Shown here: positions 37,200-46,910 of the stretch, one piece after another
Layout: the number at the start of each line of letters is the position of its first letter
Numbering within the stretch: the first letter of the stretch is position 1
Origin: a virus
IMG/VR virus record: IMGVR_UViG_3300047445_000406
Coordinates: 13,896-77,895 of that record
DNA: 64,000 nucleotides
Reading direction: 5' to 3' (one strand)
Made by a program: the position numbers and the translations under genes
Notes under the pieces: model-generated
Database searches by the model: none
The model's input: the letters and a program-made list of their open reading frames with translations, nothing else
Told to the model about the DNA's origin: nothing

Positions 37200-39728
37200 A
37201 TGCAAACAACCTCCCCGCGCAATTCCTACCGTACTCCAGCCAGGAGCTACGATCCAGGAATGGGTGAGGCGGTCGCCAATCGCACCGTGAACCGGAAGAT
37301 CACCAAGTCTTCCATCCGGCTCGAAGAGATCGACCTGCCTCGTCGTGATGACATTGCCCTCGATGATGAGGTGGCTGCCTACTGTAAGTCGGCCCACATC
37401 AAGATCGATGGCTACACAGTGGACAAGGGGGATGGTGAGCGGGTCAAGATTACCCTGAACGTGATCGGTGACGTGGTCATCGAAGGCTGGGCCGATGTGG
37501 CAGAACGTGTTGCCATCGGTAATAGCCTGCTCGAACCACGGCCGGACTTCCGTCAACAGGAATTCGACGCCATGCACCACCACCTGCGTCAAGCCTCCCT
37601 CCTGATGTCGGGTCGCCATCTGCAGCACGGCGACGCCACCCAACCCACCCGCAACATGGAAGTGTTCACCAACTGCTCCACTTCCGCCATGACCTTCCTG
37701 GAGTTCTACCTGCTGCTCAATGGCTCCGGCGTCGGCCGCTGCTATGACGACGCCATGATGCAGGTGGACTGGCGCCTGATGCCCATCGTGGTCTGCACCA
37801 TCGACGGCTTCCACAAGGATGTCGGCTCCGGCGAGATCAAGCCGTATGCCCGGCGCGATGCCGAGCACATGTATGCCGGCCGCACTCTGCACGTATTCGA
37901 CGTACCGGACAGCCGTGAAGGCTGGGCACAGGCCTTCGAGAAGATCGAAACCATGACCTTTGCCGGCTGCTTCAAGAACGACGTGCTGATCCTGGACTTC
38001 TCCAATGTCCGTCCACGCGGTGCACCGATCGGCGGCATGCAGGGCCGTCCAGCCTCCGGACCTGGGCCGATGATGGAAGCCATCCGCAAGATGGCAGTCC
38101 TGCGCGATGCCGGCATGGCACCCTGGCGGGCCACCATGTATGCCGACCACTATGCTGCCGAGTGCGTGCTCGTCGGCGGTGCCCGCCGAGCGGCACGCAT
38201 GGCCACGAAGATTTACACCGACCCCTCCATCTTTGGCTTCATCGAGCTGAAGCGCGGCGGCTTCCTATGGTCCTCCAACAATTCGGTGATGGTCGACCTG
38301 GCTTTCTGGGATGCGGTGAAGAAGGTAGCGGAAGCCATGCAGGCCCACTCCTACCAGCTGACCGACAAGGGCATGTTCCATCAACTGGTGGGCAAGGGCC
38401 ATTTCACGCCGGAAGAAGTGCATGCGTGGAAAGTGTTTTCCGCCAGCTGCGAGGCAGCCTACTTCGATGGTACCGGTGAACCTGGTTTCATCACGGTGGA
38501 ACGCCTGACCTGGAACGAAGAAGGTGCCGACTTCCTGCTCGATGGTGAGTTCGCCGAAAGCCAGAAGTACCAGCTGACCCAGGAAGGCAAGCAGCTGGCC
38601 CGTGTCCTGGCCCAGGTGTGGTCGCGCATGAAGTACAAGGTGATCACCAATCCGTGCGGTGAGATCGTGCTGAACCTGCTGGGTGCCTACTGCGTCATCG
38701 CTGACGTGGTGCCCTTCCATGCCGTCAAAGCTCCTCGCCAAGGTACCAAGATGGTTGGCAGTAAGTTGATTCAATACTTGGAGCACAGTGATAGCGATAA
38801 TGACGCAGAAGATGCTTTCCGTGTCGCTACTCGTGCCCTGATCCGCACCAACCTGATGGACTCCATGTACGGCAAGGAAGTCAAGCGCACCAACCGCATT
38901 GGCGTCGGCATGACCGGCCTGCATGAATATGCCTGGGCACGTTTCGGCTTCGGCTGGAAAGACCTGGTCAATGAAGCCAAGTCACTGCCGTTCTGGCAGA
39001 TGCTGAGCCGTTTCAAGCGTGCCGTACAGGACGAAGCCAAGGCCTATGCTACCGCACTGGGTGTGGCGATACCGCATACCGACACCACCATGAAGCCAGC
39101 TGGTACCACCTCCAAGCTGTTCGGCCTGACCGAGGGTGCCCACCTGCCTTCCATGCGGGAGTTCCTGCGCTGGGTGCAGTTCCGCAACGATGACCCGCTG
39201 ATCGCCACCTACGAAAAGCAGGGTTATCCGGTGAAGAAGCTGCAGTCCTACTCCGGGACCACAGTAGTGGGCTTCCCCACTGTGCCGGCCATCTGCACCC
39301 TGGGTATGGGCGATGCGCTGGTCACTGCGGCCGAAGCGACGCCAGAAGAGCAGTACGAGTACCTGCGTCTGATGGAGAAGTGGTGGATCACCGGTGTCGC
39401 CGAAGATGGTGCAACGCCATTGCGCGAAACCGGCAACCAGGTCAGCTACACCCTGAAGTACAACCCGAAAGTGGTGGACTATCGTGCCTTCCTGACCACC
39501 CTGCTGCACGGTCAGTCTTCCATCCGCTGCTGTTCGGTCATGCCGCAGTCCGACACCTCCGCCTACGAGTACCTGCCCGAAGAGCCTGTCACCAAGGCGG
39601 TCTTCGATCAGATCTCGGCTGCCATCCTGCGTGATACCCATGTGCAGGAAGATGTGGGCCAGGAGCACGTGGACTGCAGTACCGGTGCTTGCCCGATCAG
39701 TTTCGGTGCCAACGTCGCCACGGCATGA
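37200..39728 (+). CDS. nrdJ: Ribonucleotide reductase, probably class II (B12-dependent)
   Basis: FTNCS, GSGVG, VPDSREGW, DFSNVRPRG, VGGARRAA, TNPCGE, KPAGTTS and C-terminal CSTGACP; no beta subunit gene in the window. Confidence 0.88.
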   Translation: MQTTSPRNSYRTPARSYDPGMGEAVANRTVNRKITKSSIRLEEIDLPRRDDIALDDEVAAYCKSAHIKIDGYTVDKGDGERVKITLNVIGDVVIEGWADVAERVAIGNSLLEPRPDFRQQEFDAMHHHLRQASLLMSGRHLQHGDATQPTRNMEVFTNCSTSAMTFLEFYLLLNGSGVGRCYDDAMMQVDWRLMPIVVCTIDGFHKDVGSGEIKPYARRDAEHMYAGRTLHVFDVPDSREGWAQAFEKIETMTFAGCFKNDVLILDFSNVRPRGAPIGGMQGRPASGPGPMMEAIRKMAVLRDAGMAPWRATMYADHYAAECVLVGGARRAARMATKIYTDPSIFGFIELKRGGFLWSSNNSVMVDLAFWDAVKKVAEAMQAHSYQLTDKGMFHQLVGKGHFTPEEVHAWKVFSASCEAAYFDGTGEPGFITVERLTWNEEGADFLLDGEFAESQKYQLTQEGKQLARVLAQVWSRMKYKVITNPCGEIVLNLLGAYCVIADVVPFHAVKAPRQGTKMVGSKLIQYLEHSDSDNDAEDAFRVATRALIRTNLMDSMYGKEVKRTNRIGVGMTGLHEYAWARFGFGWKDLVNEAKSLPFWQMLSRFKRAVQDEAKAYATALGVAIPHTDTTMKPAGTTSKLFGLTEGAHLPSMREFLRWVQFRNDDPLIATYEKQGYPVKKLQSYSGTTVVGFPTVPAICTLGMGDALVTAAEATPEEQYEYLRLMEKWWITGVAEDGATPLRETGNQVSYTLKYNPKVVDYRAFLTTLLHGQSSIRCCSVMPQSDTSAYEYLPEEPVTKAVFDQISAAILRDTHVQEDVGQEHVDCSTGACPISFGANVATA

Positions 39729-39849
39729 AAGCTGGAATGGCCTGACCTCAAGGTTGGGCCGGTAAACCTGTGGAGTATTTCCTCTAACAGGTAAGCCAGG
39801 GGCTGGTACCATGCCAGCCCCACTTATTCCCATCCTGAAAGGACATCAG

Positions 39850-40293
39850 ATGAATGACCGCATTCCCTCGCCGTGCCAGACTAAATCCTGTATCAACATG
39901 GCGGCCCATGCCAGCCCATTTTGCGAAACCTGCATGGTGGTCGGAGGCTACAAGATCAAGCCCGGCCCTGCAACCAGCCCTACCCATCAAGCCCTGACCG
40001 AAACCCTGAACAATTCCAATAACCACCGGAGGCGTACTGACATGACCATGGCTGAAAAATATCCGCAGTACTACAAAGCCATCCCGAACGGCATCACCGA
40101 AGCCGATACCTACGTCGTGAACAAGATGTTCCCGATCCAGGCCGGTGATGACCCGACCGGTACCGTGCTGCACGCCCGCAAGAAGCTGCTGGTGCCTGGT
40201 TGCCGCACCGGTGGCAAATCGTTCTACGATGACATCAAGGAAGCCCGCGACACGCTGACGCGTTTCCTGGAGCTGATGAAGCCAGAACAGTAA
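39850..40293 (+). CDS. Conserved phage protein, distantly DUF3310-like, with Cys-rich N-terminal extension (second start at 40042)
   Basis: KYPQYYK...HARKKLLVPGCRTGGKS..DDIKEARDTL; RBS at both starts. Confidence 0.6.
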   Translation: MNDRIPSPCQTKSCINMAAHASPFCETCMVVGGYKIKPGPATSPTHQALTETLNNSNNHRRRTDMTMAEKYPQYYKAIPNGITEADTYVVNKMFPIQAGDDPTGTVLHARKKLLVPGCRTGGKSFYDDIKEARDTLTRFLELMKPEQ

Positions 40294-40311
40294 GCAGAGC
40301 ACAGTAACAAG

Positions 40312-40336
40312 GCGCCTTCCCGGCGCTCTTCCGATC
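40312..40336 (+). promoter_or_regulatory. TCC-loop hairpin element, copy 3
   Basis: GCGCCT-TCC-CGGCGC-TCTTCCGATC. Confidence 0.45.
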
Positions 40337-40356
40337 AACTATCCATCGAGGTAACC

Positions 40357-41394
40357 ATGCAACCACGTTACACCAACACATCGGATCTGCCGCTGGCCCT
40401 GGCTGTGTTCCTGGCTTCGGACAGCTACGACTACGACCCCACCCCCAACACCATCTCAGCCACCACGCTGATGAAACCCCTGCGCCAGATCATCCTGTCC
40501 GATCGCCTGGCCAAACTGCCCCCCGGTGAAGTCATCCTGCCGGACATCATGGAACGTGCGGCCAACCGCATGGGCGCCTCCATCCACGACAGCATCGAAC
40601 GCGTCTGGAAGGATGAACTGAGCCGCAAGATGGCCCTGCTGGCGCTGGGTATCCCGGCCCAGGTCGGTAACCGTGTCGTGGTTAACCCGACCGACGATTA
40701 CGTGCTGAGCCATCCGGACTGCATCCCGGTCTATATGGAGCAGCGTCTGCGTCGCAAGGTCGGCAAATGGACCGTCACCGGCAAGTTTGACTTCGCCGCC
40801 GAACAGCAGGTGCAGGACTTCAAGACCGCCAATGTGCTGTCCTACAAGCAGCAACGCAATGCCGACAAGCAGATCATGCAGGGTTCCCTGTATCGCTGGC
40901 TGGATGCCAACCCGGAACATGCGGTGCGCAAGATCACGAAGGACGACATGATCATCATGCACATCTTCATGGACTGGATGCGCGCCATGGCCAAGGCCGA
41001 TCCGAGCTACCCACAGCACCGCATGCTCAAGCAGGTACTGCGCCTGAAGTCGGAACGCGAAACCGACGCCTGGGTCAAGCACAAGCTGGACCTGCTGGAC
41101 CAGTACTGGGATGCACCGGAAGGTGATATTCCGGAATGCGCCGGCGATGACCTGTGGCGTTCGGATCCGGTCTTCAAGTACTACAAGAACGGCGACATCA
41201 CGGCCAAGCGCAGCACCAAGAACTTTGACACCCGTACCCAGGCGTACACCTACATGGCCGTCGATATGGCTGGCCAGGGTGCCGTGAAAGAGGTGCCGGG
41301 CATGGTCAAGGCCTGCGGCTACTGCAATGCCTACGATGGCTGCACCCAGAAGGATCGCCTGATCCTGAACGGAGAGTTCGACCCCAACAACTAA
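40357..41394 (+). CDS. PD-(D/E)XK Cas4-like nuclease (N4 gp42-like)
   Basis: ISATTL, G.SIH, EQRL, GKFD...DFKT and C...CGYC....C; directly upstream of the primase. Confidence 0.8.
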   Translation: MQPRYTNTSDLPLALAVFLASDSYDYDPTPNTISATTLMKPLRQIILSDRLAKLPPGEVILPDIMERAANRMGASIHDSIERVWKDELSRKMALLALGIPAQVGNRVVVNPTDDYVLSHPDCIPVYMEQRLRRKVGKWTVTGKFDFAAEQQVQDFKTANVLSYKQQRNADKQIMQGSLYRWLDANPEHAVRKITKDDMIIMHIFMDWMRAMAKADPSYPQHRMLKQVLRLKSERETDAWVKHKLDLLDQYWDAPEGDIPECAGDDLWRSDPVFKYYKNGDITAKRSTKNFDTRTQAYTYMAVDMAGQGAVKEVPGMVKACGYCNAYDGCTQKDRLILNGEFDPNN

Positions 41395-41431
41395 ACTCCC
41401 TCATCGCAACCTCCTGAAACCAAGGAAGACC

Positions 41432-43588
41432 ATGAAAACCTTTGACGAAATGACCTACCATCCAACGGCTGAACAGTTGGTGAGTATCCTGTGCCAGAAG
41501 ACACAGAACTCCAACCCGCTGTTCTTCCGTGTGCTGGTGGGATACTACTTCAGCCTGGTGGCATCCATGATGCGCGCCAGCATTGTCACCCATGACCGGG
41601 GTGATGTCCCCATTAACCTGTATGCACTGAATCTGGGCACATCCGGATCGGGTAAGGGCTTCTCCACCAACATCGTGGAGAACGAGGTGATCAACCGCTT
41701 CCGCATGAAGTTCCTGGAAGAGACATTCCCGCTGCTGTCGGAAGACAACCTGCCCAAGCTGTCGCTGAAACGTGCCAACCGCAAGGGGACCGATCCGGAC
41801 GAAGAGCTGGTGCGGGTGCAGAAGGAATTCGATTCCCTCGGCTCGCTGGTATTCAGTTTTGATTCCGGCACCAGTCCGGCCGTCAAGCAGCTGCGCCACA
41901 AGCTGCTGATGGCCATGGCCGGCTCGATGAATCTGCAGATCGATGAGATCGGCTCCAACCTGCTGTCCAATGTGGAAGTGCTCAACACCTTCCTGGAACT
42001 GTACGATGTCGGCCGCGTGAAAACCAAGCTGGTGATGAACACCAGTGAACGTGCCCGCGGTGAAGAGATCGTCGGTAGTACACCCACCAACATGCTGCTG
42101 TTCGGTACACCTTCCAAGCTGCTCGATGGCAGCAAGACGGAAGAAGAACTGTTCTCCATGCTGGAAACCGGTTATGCCCGTCGCTGCTTCTTCGGCTGGA
42201 GCCGGGTGGTCAACGAGCAGCACGAGCTGACTCCGGAACAAGTGTACGACATGATGACGAACAAGCAGACCAACATCTTTCTCGATCAGCTGTCCGATCG
42301 CTTGGAGAATCTGGCCGGCATGATCAACGTCAACAAGCGCCTGGTCATGTCCAAGGACACTGCCCTGCTGGTCATCGAGTACCGCCAGAAGTGCGAGAAG
42401 ATCGCACGGGATCTGCCGGAGCATGAAGAGATCAAGAAGGCGGAAATCAGCCACCGCTACTTCAAGGCACTGAAGCTGGCCGGCGCCTACGCCTTCATTG
42501 ATGAGTCGCCGGAAGTCACCACCGACCATTTCTACAATGCCGTCAAGCTGGCGGAAGAATCCGGTGATGCCTTTAACCAGCTGCTGACACGCGACCGTCC
42601 TTACGTCAAGCTGGCCAAGTACATTGCAACGTGCCGGCGTGACGTGACCCAGGCCGACCTGGTGGAAGACCTGCCGTTCTACCGTGGCGCGACCAGCCAG
42701 AAGCAGGAGATGATGACTCTGGCCATCGCCTACGGCTACAAGAACAACATCATCATCAAGAAGGCCTTTGCCGACGGCATCGAGTTCTTCCGTGGTGAGA
42801 CGCTGGAGATCACCGACCTGAACAAGATGGTGGTGGCCTACAGCCAGGACTTGGCCGAAGGCTACCAGGGCGAGCAGGCACCGTGGGACAAGCTGCACCG
42901 CCTGACCCAGGCGCCCGGCCTGCACTGGATCAACCACCATGTCGTCAACGGCCACCGCAGCGAAGACAATGCCATTCCTGGCTTCAATCTGCTGGTGATC
43001 GATGTCGATGACACCTGCAATCTGTCGACGGCCAAGGCGCTGCTGACCGGCTACAAGGCGCTGTTCTACACCACCAAGCGGCACCAGGTGGACGGCAATG
43101 GCGATCGCTTCCGCATCATCCTGCCGATGAACTACACCTTGAAGCTGGACGCCAAGGACTACAAGGAGTTCATGAAGAACATCTACGAGTGGCTGCCGTT
43201 CGAGGTCGATGACCAGACCGGTCAGCGTGCCCGCAAGTGGATGTCGCATGATGGTCACTACGAGTATCTCGATGGTGATCTGCTGGATGTACTGCCCTTC
43301 ATTCCGAAAACCAGTAAGAACGAAGAGCGCAAGGCCCGCCTGCAGGACCAGCAATCGATGGACAATCTGGAACGCTGGGTCATCAACAACATCGGTGACG
43401 GCAACCGCAACAACATGCTGCTGCGCTACGCCATGATCCTGGTCGATGGTGAATTCACCCTGGAGCAGATCCAGAACGCCGTGGTCAACCTGAACGACAA
43501 GCTGCCTGACAAGCTGGACGAGTCGGAGATCTTCAGCACGATCATGATCAGCGTGACCAAGGCCATCGCCAAGCGTGGTACCCCATAA
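41432..43588 (+). CDS. DNA primase (N4 gp43-like)
   Basis: GTSGSGKG, IDEIG, AEP-like IDVD...YTTKRH...RFRIILP and PriCT-like GNRNNML. Confidence 0.88.
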   Translation: MKTFDEMTYHPTAEQLVSILCQKTQNSNPLFFRVLVGYYFSLVASMMRASIVTHDRGDVPINLYALNLGTSGSGKGFSTNIVENEVINRFRMKFLEETFPLLSEDNLPKLSLKRANRKGTDPDEELVRVQKEFDSLGSLVFSFDSGTSPAVKQLRHKLLMAMAGSMNLQIDEIGSNLLSNVEVLNTFLELYDVGRVKTKLVMNTSERARGEEIVGSTPTNMLLFGTPSKLLDGSKTEEELFSMLETGYARRCFFGWSRVVNEQHELTPEQVYDMMTNKQTNIFLDQLSDRLENLAGMINVNKRLVMSKDTALLVIEYRQKCEKIARDLPEHEEIKKAEISHRYFKALKLAGAYAFIDESPEVTTDHFYNAVKLAEESGDAFNQLLTRDRPYVKLAKYIATCRRDVTQADLVEDLPFYRGATSQKQEMMTLAIAYGYKNNIIIKKAFADGIEFFRGETLEITDLNKMVVAYSQDLAEGYQGEQAPWDKLHRLTQAPGLHWINHHVVNGHRSEDNAIPGFNLLVIDVDDTCNLSTAKALLTGYKALFYTTKRHQVDGNGDRFRIILPMNYTLKLDAKDYKEFMKNIYEWLPFEVDDQTGQRARKWMSHDGHYEYLDGDLLDVLPFIPKTSKNEERKARLQDQQSMDNLERWVINNIGDGNRNNMLLRYAMILVDGEFTLEQIQNAVVNLNDKLPDKLDESEIFSTIMISVTKAIAKRGTP

Positions 43589-43606
43589 ATCCAAACCAGT
43601 GAAGCA

Positions 43607-43630
43607 GGCGCCTCCGGGCGCTTCTTCGAT
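43607..43630 (+). promoter_or_regulatory. TCC-loop hairpin element, copy 4
   Basis: GGCGCC-TCC-GGGCGC-TTCTTCGAT. Confidence 0.5.
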
Positions 43631-43647
43631 TCCTACAAAGGAAAGTC

Positions 43648-43932
43648 ATGAGCACAGAAAAACGCAAGTACCCCTATAACGCCTGGATGCTGCAGCCCTC
43701 CTTTAAACCAGTGGAAGTACGGGTGGTGAAGCGTGCATATCTGCACAGCTACCACGAGTACGACGAACTGGAATCCGGCAAAACAGTCCACATCAACAAC
43801 CTGTACCCAACCAAAGCAGCCGCCATTGCCTACGGCCGGCAGCAGGTGGAAAAGACCGAAGCCGATCTGGTCAAGCGCCGCGAGAATCTGAACAAGAAAA
43901 TCGCTGCCCTCAACAAAGCAGAAGGAAAGTAA
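43648..43932 (+). CDS. Hypothetical protein
   Basis: RBS AAGGA; C-terminal coiled coil. Confidence 0.65.
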   Translation: MSTEKRKYPYNAWMLQPSFKPVEVRVVKRAYLHSYHEYDELESGKTVHINNLYPTKAAAIAYGRQQVEKTEADLVKRRENLNKKIAALNKAEGK

Positions 43933-43935
43933 ATC

Positions 43936-44661
43936 ATGTCCCAAGTGAATGACAACCTGATCCTGATCGTAGGCAAATCGGCTGGCGGCAAATCCGCATC
44001 GCTGATGGGCCTGAAGGATCCGCAGGGTGTGCTGTACCTGAACTGCGAATCCGGCAAGAAGCTGCCCTTCAAGTCCAAGTTCATCGAGAAGACGGTGACC
44101 GATCCGCTGCAGGTCTATGAAGCGTTCGACTGGGTCGAAGGCCAGCCGCACATCCACACCGTGGTGATCGATACCCAGACCTACCTGATGGACATGTTCG
44201 AGTCGCTGTACGTTATCGGCTCGGCCAATACCCAATCGGCCTGGGGCCAGTACGCCCAGTACTTCAAGAACCTGATGCAGCAGTACGTGGCCAAGTGCTC
44301 CAAGAACGTGATCTTCCTGGCCCACTCGGCCGACGAGCTGAACAAAGATGACATGGTGATGGAAACCAAGGTACCGGTGAAAGGTAGCCTGAAGAACAAC
44401 GGCATCGAATCCTTCTTCAGCCAGGTCATCTCGGCCAAGAAGGTGCCGATCAAGGTGCTCAAGGATTACCCGAACGCCTTGCTCAACATCTCGGCAGAAG
44501 ACGAAGCCCTGGGCTACAAGCACTGCTTCCAAACCAGGCTGACCAAGGACACCGTGGGCGAACGCCTGCGGGGGCCGATGGGCATGTGGATGGTGACGGA
44601 AACCTTCATCGACAACAATGCCCAGCAGGTACTGGACCGTCTGCACCAGTACTACGCATAA
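43936..44661 (+). CDS. AAA_24/Sak4-like ATPase (N4 gp44-like)
   Basis: GKSAGGKS, YLNCE, VVIDT and IFLAH. Confidence 0.85.
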   Translation: MSQVNDNLILIVGKSAGGKSASLMGLKDPQGVLYLNCESGKKLPFKSKFIEKTVTDPLQVYEAFDWVEGQPHIHTVVIDTQTYLMDMFESLYVIGSANTQSAWGQYAQYFKNLMQQYVAKCSKNVIFLAHSADELNKDDMVMETKVPVKGSLKNNGIESFFSQVISAKKVPIKVLKDYPNALLNISAEDEALGYKHCFQTRLTKDTVGERLRGPMGMWMVTETFIDNNAQQVLDRLHQYYA

Positions 44662-44782
44662 AGATTTACCAGCAGCAAATCCTGCAGTACACTGCCTGTC
44701 TCTGCTTCGAGCGGGCAGATACCCCCGGCCACGTTAGTAGCCACTCACATCGAAACAAACCCTGAAAATTAAAGGAAATACC

Positions 44783-45541
44783 ATGAGCCTGCTCAAAAAT
44801 CTGAAAACCGACGCTTCCATCGCTGGTGAAAAAGACTCCCTCGGCGGTGGCCGCCTGTTTGAATCCGGCCTGCTGAACATGGCCGTCACCATGGCCTACC
44901 TGAAGGAATCCGACAGCGGCGCCCTGGGCGTGTTCGTCACCCTGAAGAACAAGGCCGACAACCAGGAACTGCGCGTCAGCCAGTACGTCACCTCCGGCAA
45001 AGCCAAAGGCCAGAAGAACACTTACACTGACAAGGACGGCAATGAGCAATACCTGCCTGGCTTCCTGATCATGAACGGCCTGGCCGAGCTGACCACGGGC
45101 GTGCAACTGTCCGACCTGGAAACCGAAGACAAGCTGGTCAACATCTACAGCGCGGCTGCCAAGGCCGAAGTACCAACCAAGGTACCAGTGCTGACCCAGC
45201 TGATCGGTCAGGAGATCAATGTCGGCGTGGTCAAGCAACGCGTCAACAAGCAGATCAAGAACGATGCCGGCGTATACGTCGACACCAACGACGAGCGTTT
45301 CATCAACGAAGTCGACAAGTTCTTCTGCGCCAAGGACAAGTTCCTGAACATGACCGTGGCCGAGATCAAGGGCAAAGCGGATGAAGCCAAGTTCTACAAG
45401 GACTGGGCCGAGAAGAACACCGGAAAGCTGATCGACCGCTTCAAGCCAGTCGGTAACGGCACGGCAGGCGCCCCAGCCCGTACAGGTGCCGCTGCAGCCA
45501 CCGGTGGCACTGCCAAGCCAGCCTCCTCGCTGTTCGGCTAA
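44783..45541 (+). CDS. ssb: Single-stranded DNA-binding protein (N4 gp45-like)
   Basis: Synteny; EKDSLGG, YLPGF and NEVDKFF; flexible tail ending SLFG. Confidence 0.85.
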   Translation: MSLLKNLKTDASIAGEKDSLGGGRLFESGLLNMAVTMAYLKESDSGALGVFVTLKNKADNQELRVSQYVTSGKAKGQKNTYTDKDGNEQYLPGFLIMNGLAELTTGVQLSDLETEDKLVNIYSAAAKAEVPTKVPVLTQLIGQEINVGVVKQRVNKQIKNDAGVYVDTNDERFINEVDKFFCAKDKFLNMTVAEIKGKADEAKFYKDWAEKNTGKLIDRFKPVGNGTAGAPARTGAAAATGGTAKPASSLFG

Positions 45542-45617
45542 TCCCCGAACAACCCCATCACCGGATCACCAGCCTCCGGACCCCCAATAGCTGGACCCGC
45601 TACACCGTAGTAAACGA

Positions 45618-45646
45618 GCCCCCATGTCCCCTCATGGGGGTTTTTT
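45618..45646 (+). terminator. Intrinsic terminator
   Basis: GCCCCCATG/CATGGGGG followed by T6. Confidence 0.8.
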
Positions 45647-45666
45647 AACCCTCTCTGAAAGAGAAC

Positions 45667-46296
45667 ATGGAAACCAACAACATTCCTCGTGTTACTCCGC
45701 CGCAGATTCAGGCCTTGATCGACCGTACCGAGTTCCGCTTCCAGGTGGTACCCGGTACCACCACCACGCTGTGCCTGGCACTGCTGGATGGTAAGTTCAA
45801 CCTGGCCATTGGCAAGTCGGCCTGTGTCGATGCCCGCCTGTTCGACCAGAAAAAGGGCGAAGAGCTGGCCCACAGGGACTGCTATGCCCAGGCTGTCAAC
45901 CGTCTGTGGGAGCTGGAAGGCTACCGTCTGTACCAGCGTCTGCGTGACGAGCCGGAACTGATTGCGGAAATCTGCCACGAAGCCAACCGTGCCTATTGCC
46001 AGGCCATGGGAGATGAATCCCAGCCCGCCTGGACCGATGCCCCGGAATGGCAGCGTGTATCGGCCCGTAATGGCGTCGAAGCTCACCTGTCCACCGAGAT
46101 GTCGCCGGCTGAATCGCATGCCGCCTGGATGACCGAAAAGCTGGCCAACGGCTGGCAGTACGGTGAAGTCAAGGATCCGGTGGCCAAAACCCATCCGTGC
46201 ATGGTGCCCTACAGCGATCTGCCGGCCGCACAGCAAGCCAAGGACTTCATCTTCCGCGGCATTGTCAACGCCTTCAAGAAAGGCGGTGCAGCATGA
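45667..46296 (+). CDS. Phage Gp49/66-family domain fused to a RyR domain
   Basis: N-terminal PRVTP..I...TTTTLC...GKSACVD...FD...GEELA...LWELEGYRL; C-terminal H.AW...K.ANGWQYG..KD...KTHPCMVPYSDLP..QQAKD. Confidence 0.8.
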   Translation: METNNIPRVTPPQIQALIDRTEFRFQVVPGTTTTLCLALLDGKFNLAIGKSACVDARLFDQKKGEELAHRDCYAQAVNRLWELEGYRLYQRLRDEPELIAEICHEANRAYCQAMGDESQPAWTDAPEWQRVSARNGVEAHLSTEMSPAESHAAWMTEKLANGWQYGEVKDPVAKTHPCMVPYSDLPAAQQAKDFIFRGIVNAFKKGGAA

Positions 46297-46910
46297 GCGA
46301 CCAACACGCCCCGGAAGTCTTCGTGGACAAGACGCCCGACCTGCCCTATGAGTTTGAAGACTTCGGCATGAGCAGCGCTGAGCTGCAGGCCAAGTACTTC
46401 GACAGCAACGAGCACGACTACTACACCACGCCCATGTGGGTGGAAGCCCACAAGGACCAGGCTACGGCCATGCCGTACTGGGACTGGGTGGTGCAGCAGA
46501 TCGCCAAGGACGATGCAGCAACCCCTGGCAACGAAGACCTGGACAAGGAATTGACCATCGGCGATACGGCGGCAGCCACCGATCCCAAGCAGGAACTGGT
46601 CAGCATCGGCAGTATCGATGAATTCGCTGGCTTCCTGGTCAACTGGCATGGCCGTCAGCGTGCCCAGGCGGAACACCTGTTCCAGGTACCTGCGGGTATC
46701 GAGATCGAAGTGCAGATCGGCCACAACGACACCCCCACCAAGGTGGTGTTGGAAGGCGACAAGCTGCGTGCCTTCCAGGGTGGTGTCTCGGCAGCCCTGA
46801 GCCTGTTCGCTACCCTGCCCTTCGCCTTCATGGCGGTGGACCTGGCAGCACCGGCCGGTGATCAGACTGCTGAAACCGCTGTCGATGGTGAAGGCAGCGA
46901 TGTCGGTTAA
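46293..46910 (+). CDS. Hypothetical acidic protein
   Basis: ATGA overlap; YWDWV and F.GG...AL..F..LPF motifs. Confidence 0.7.
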   Translation: MSDQHAPEVFVDKTPDLPYEFEDFGMSSAELQAKYFDSNEHDYYTTPMWVEAHKDQATAMPYWDWVVQQIAKDDAATPGNEDLDKELTIGDTAAATDPKQELVSIGSIDEFAGFLVNWHGRQRAQAEHLFQVPAGIEIEVQIGHNDTPTKVVLEGDKLRAFQGGVSAALSLFATLPFAFMAVDLAAPAGDQTAETAVDGEGSDVG

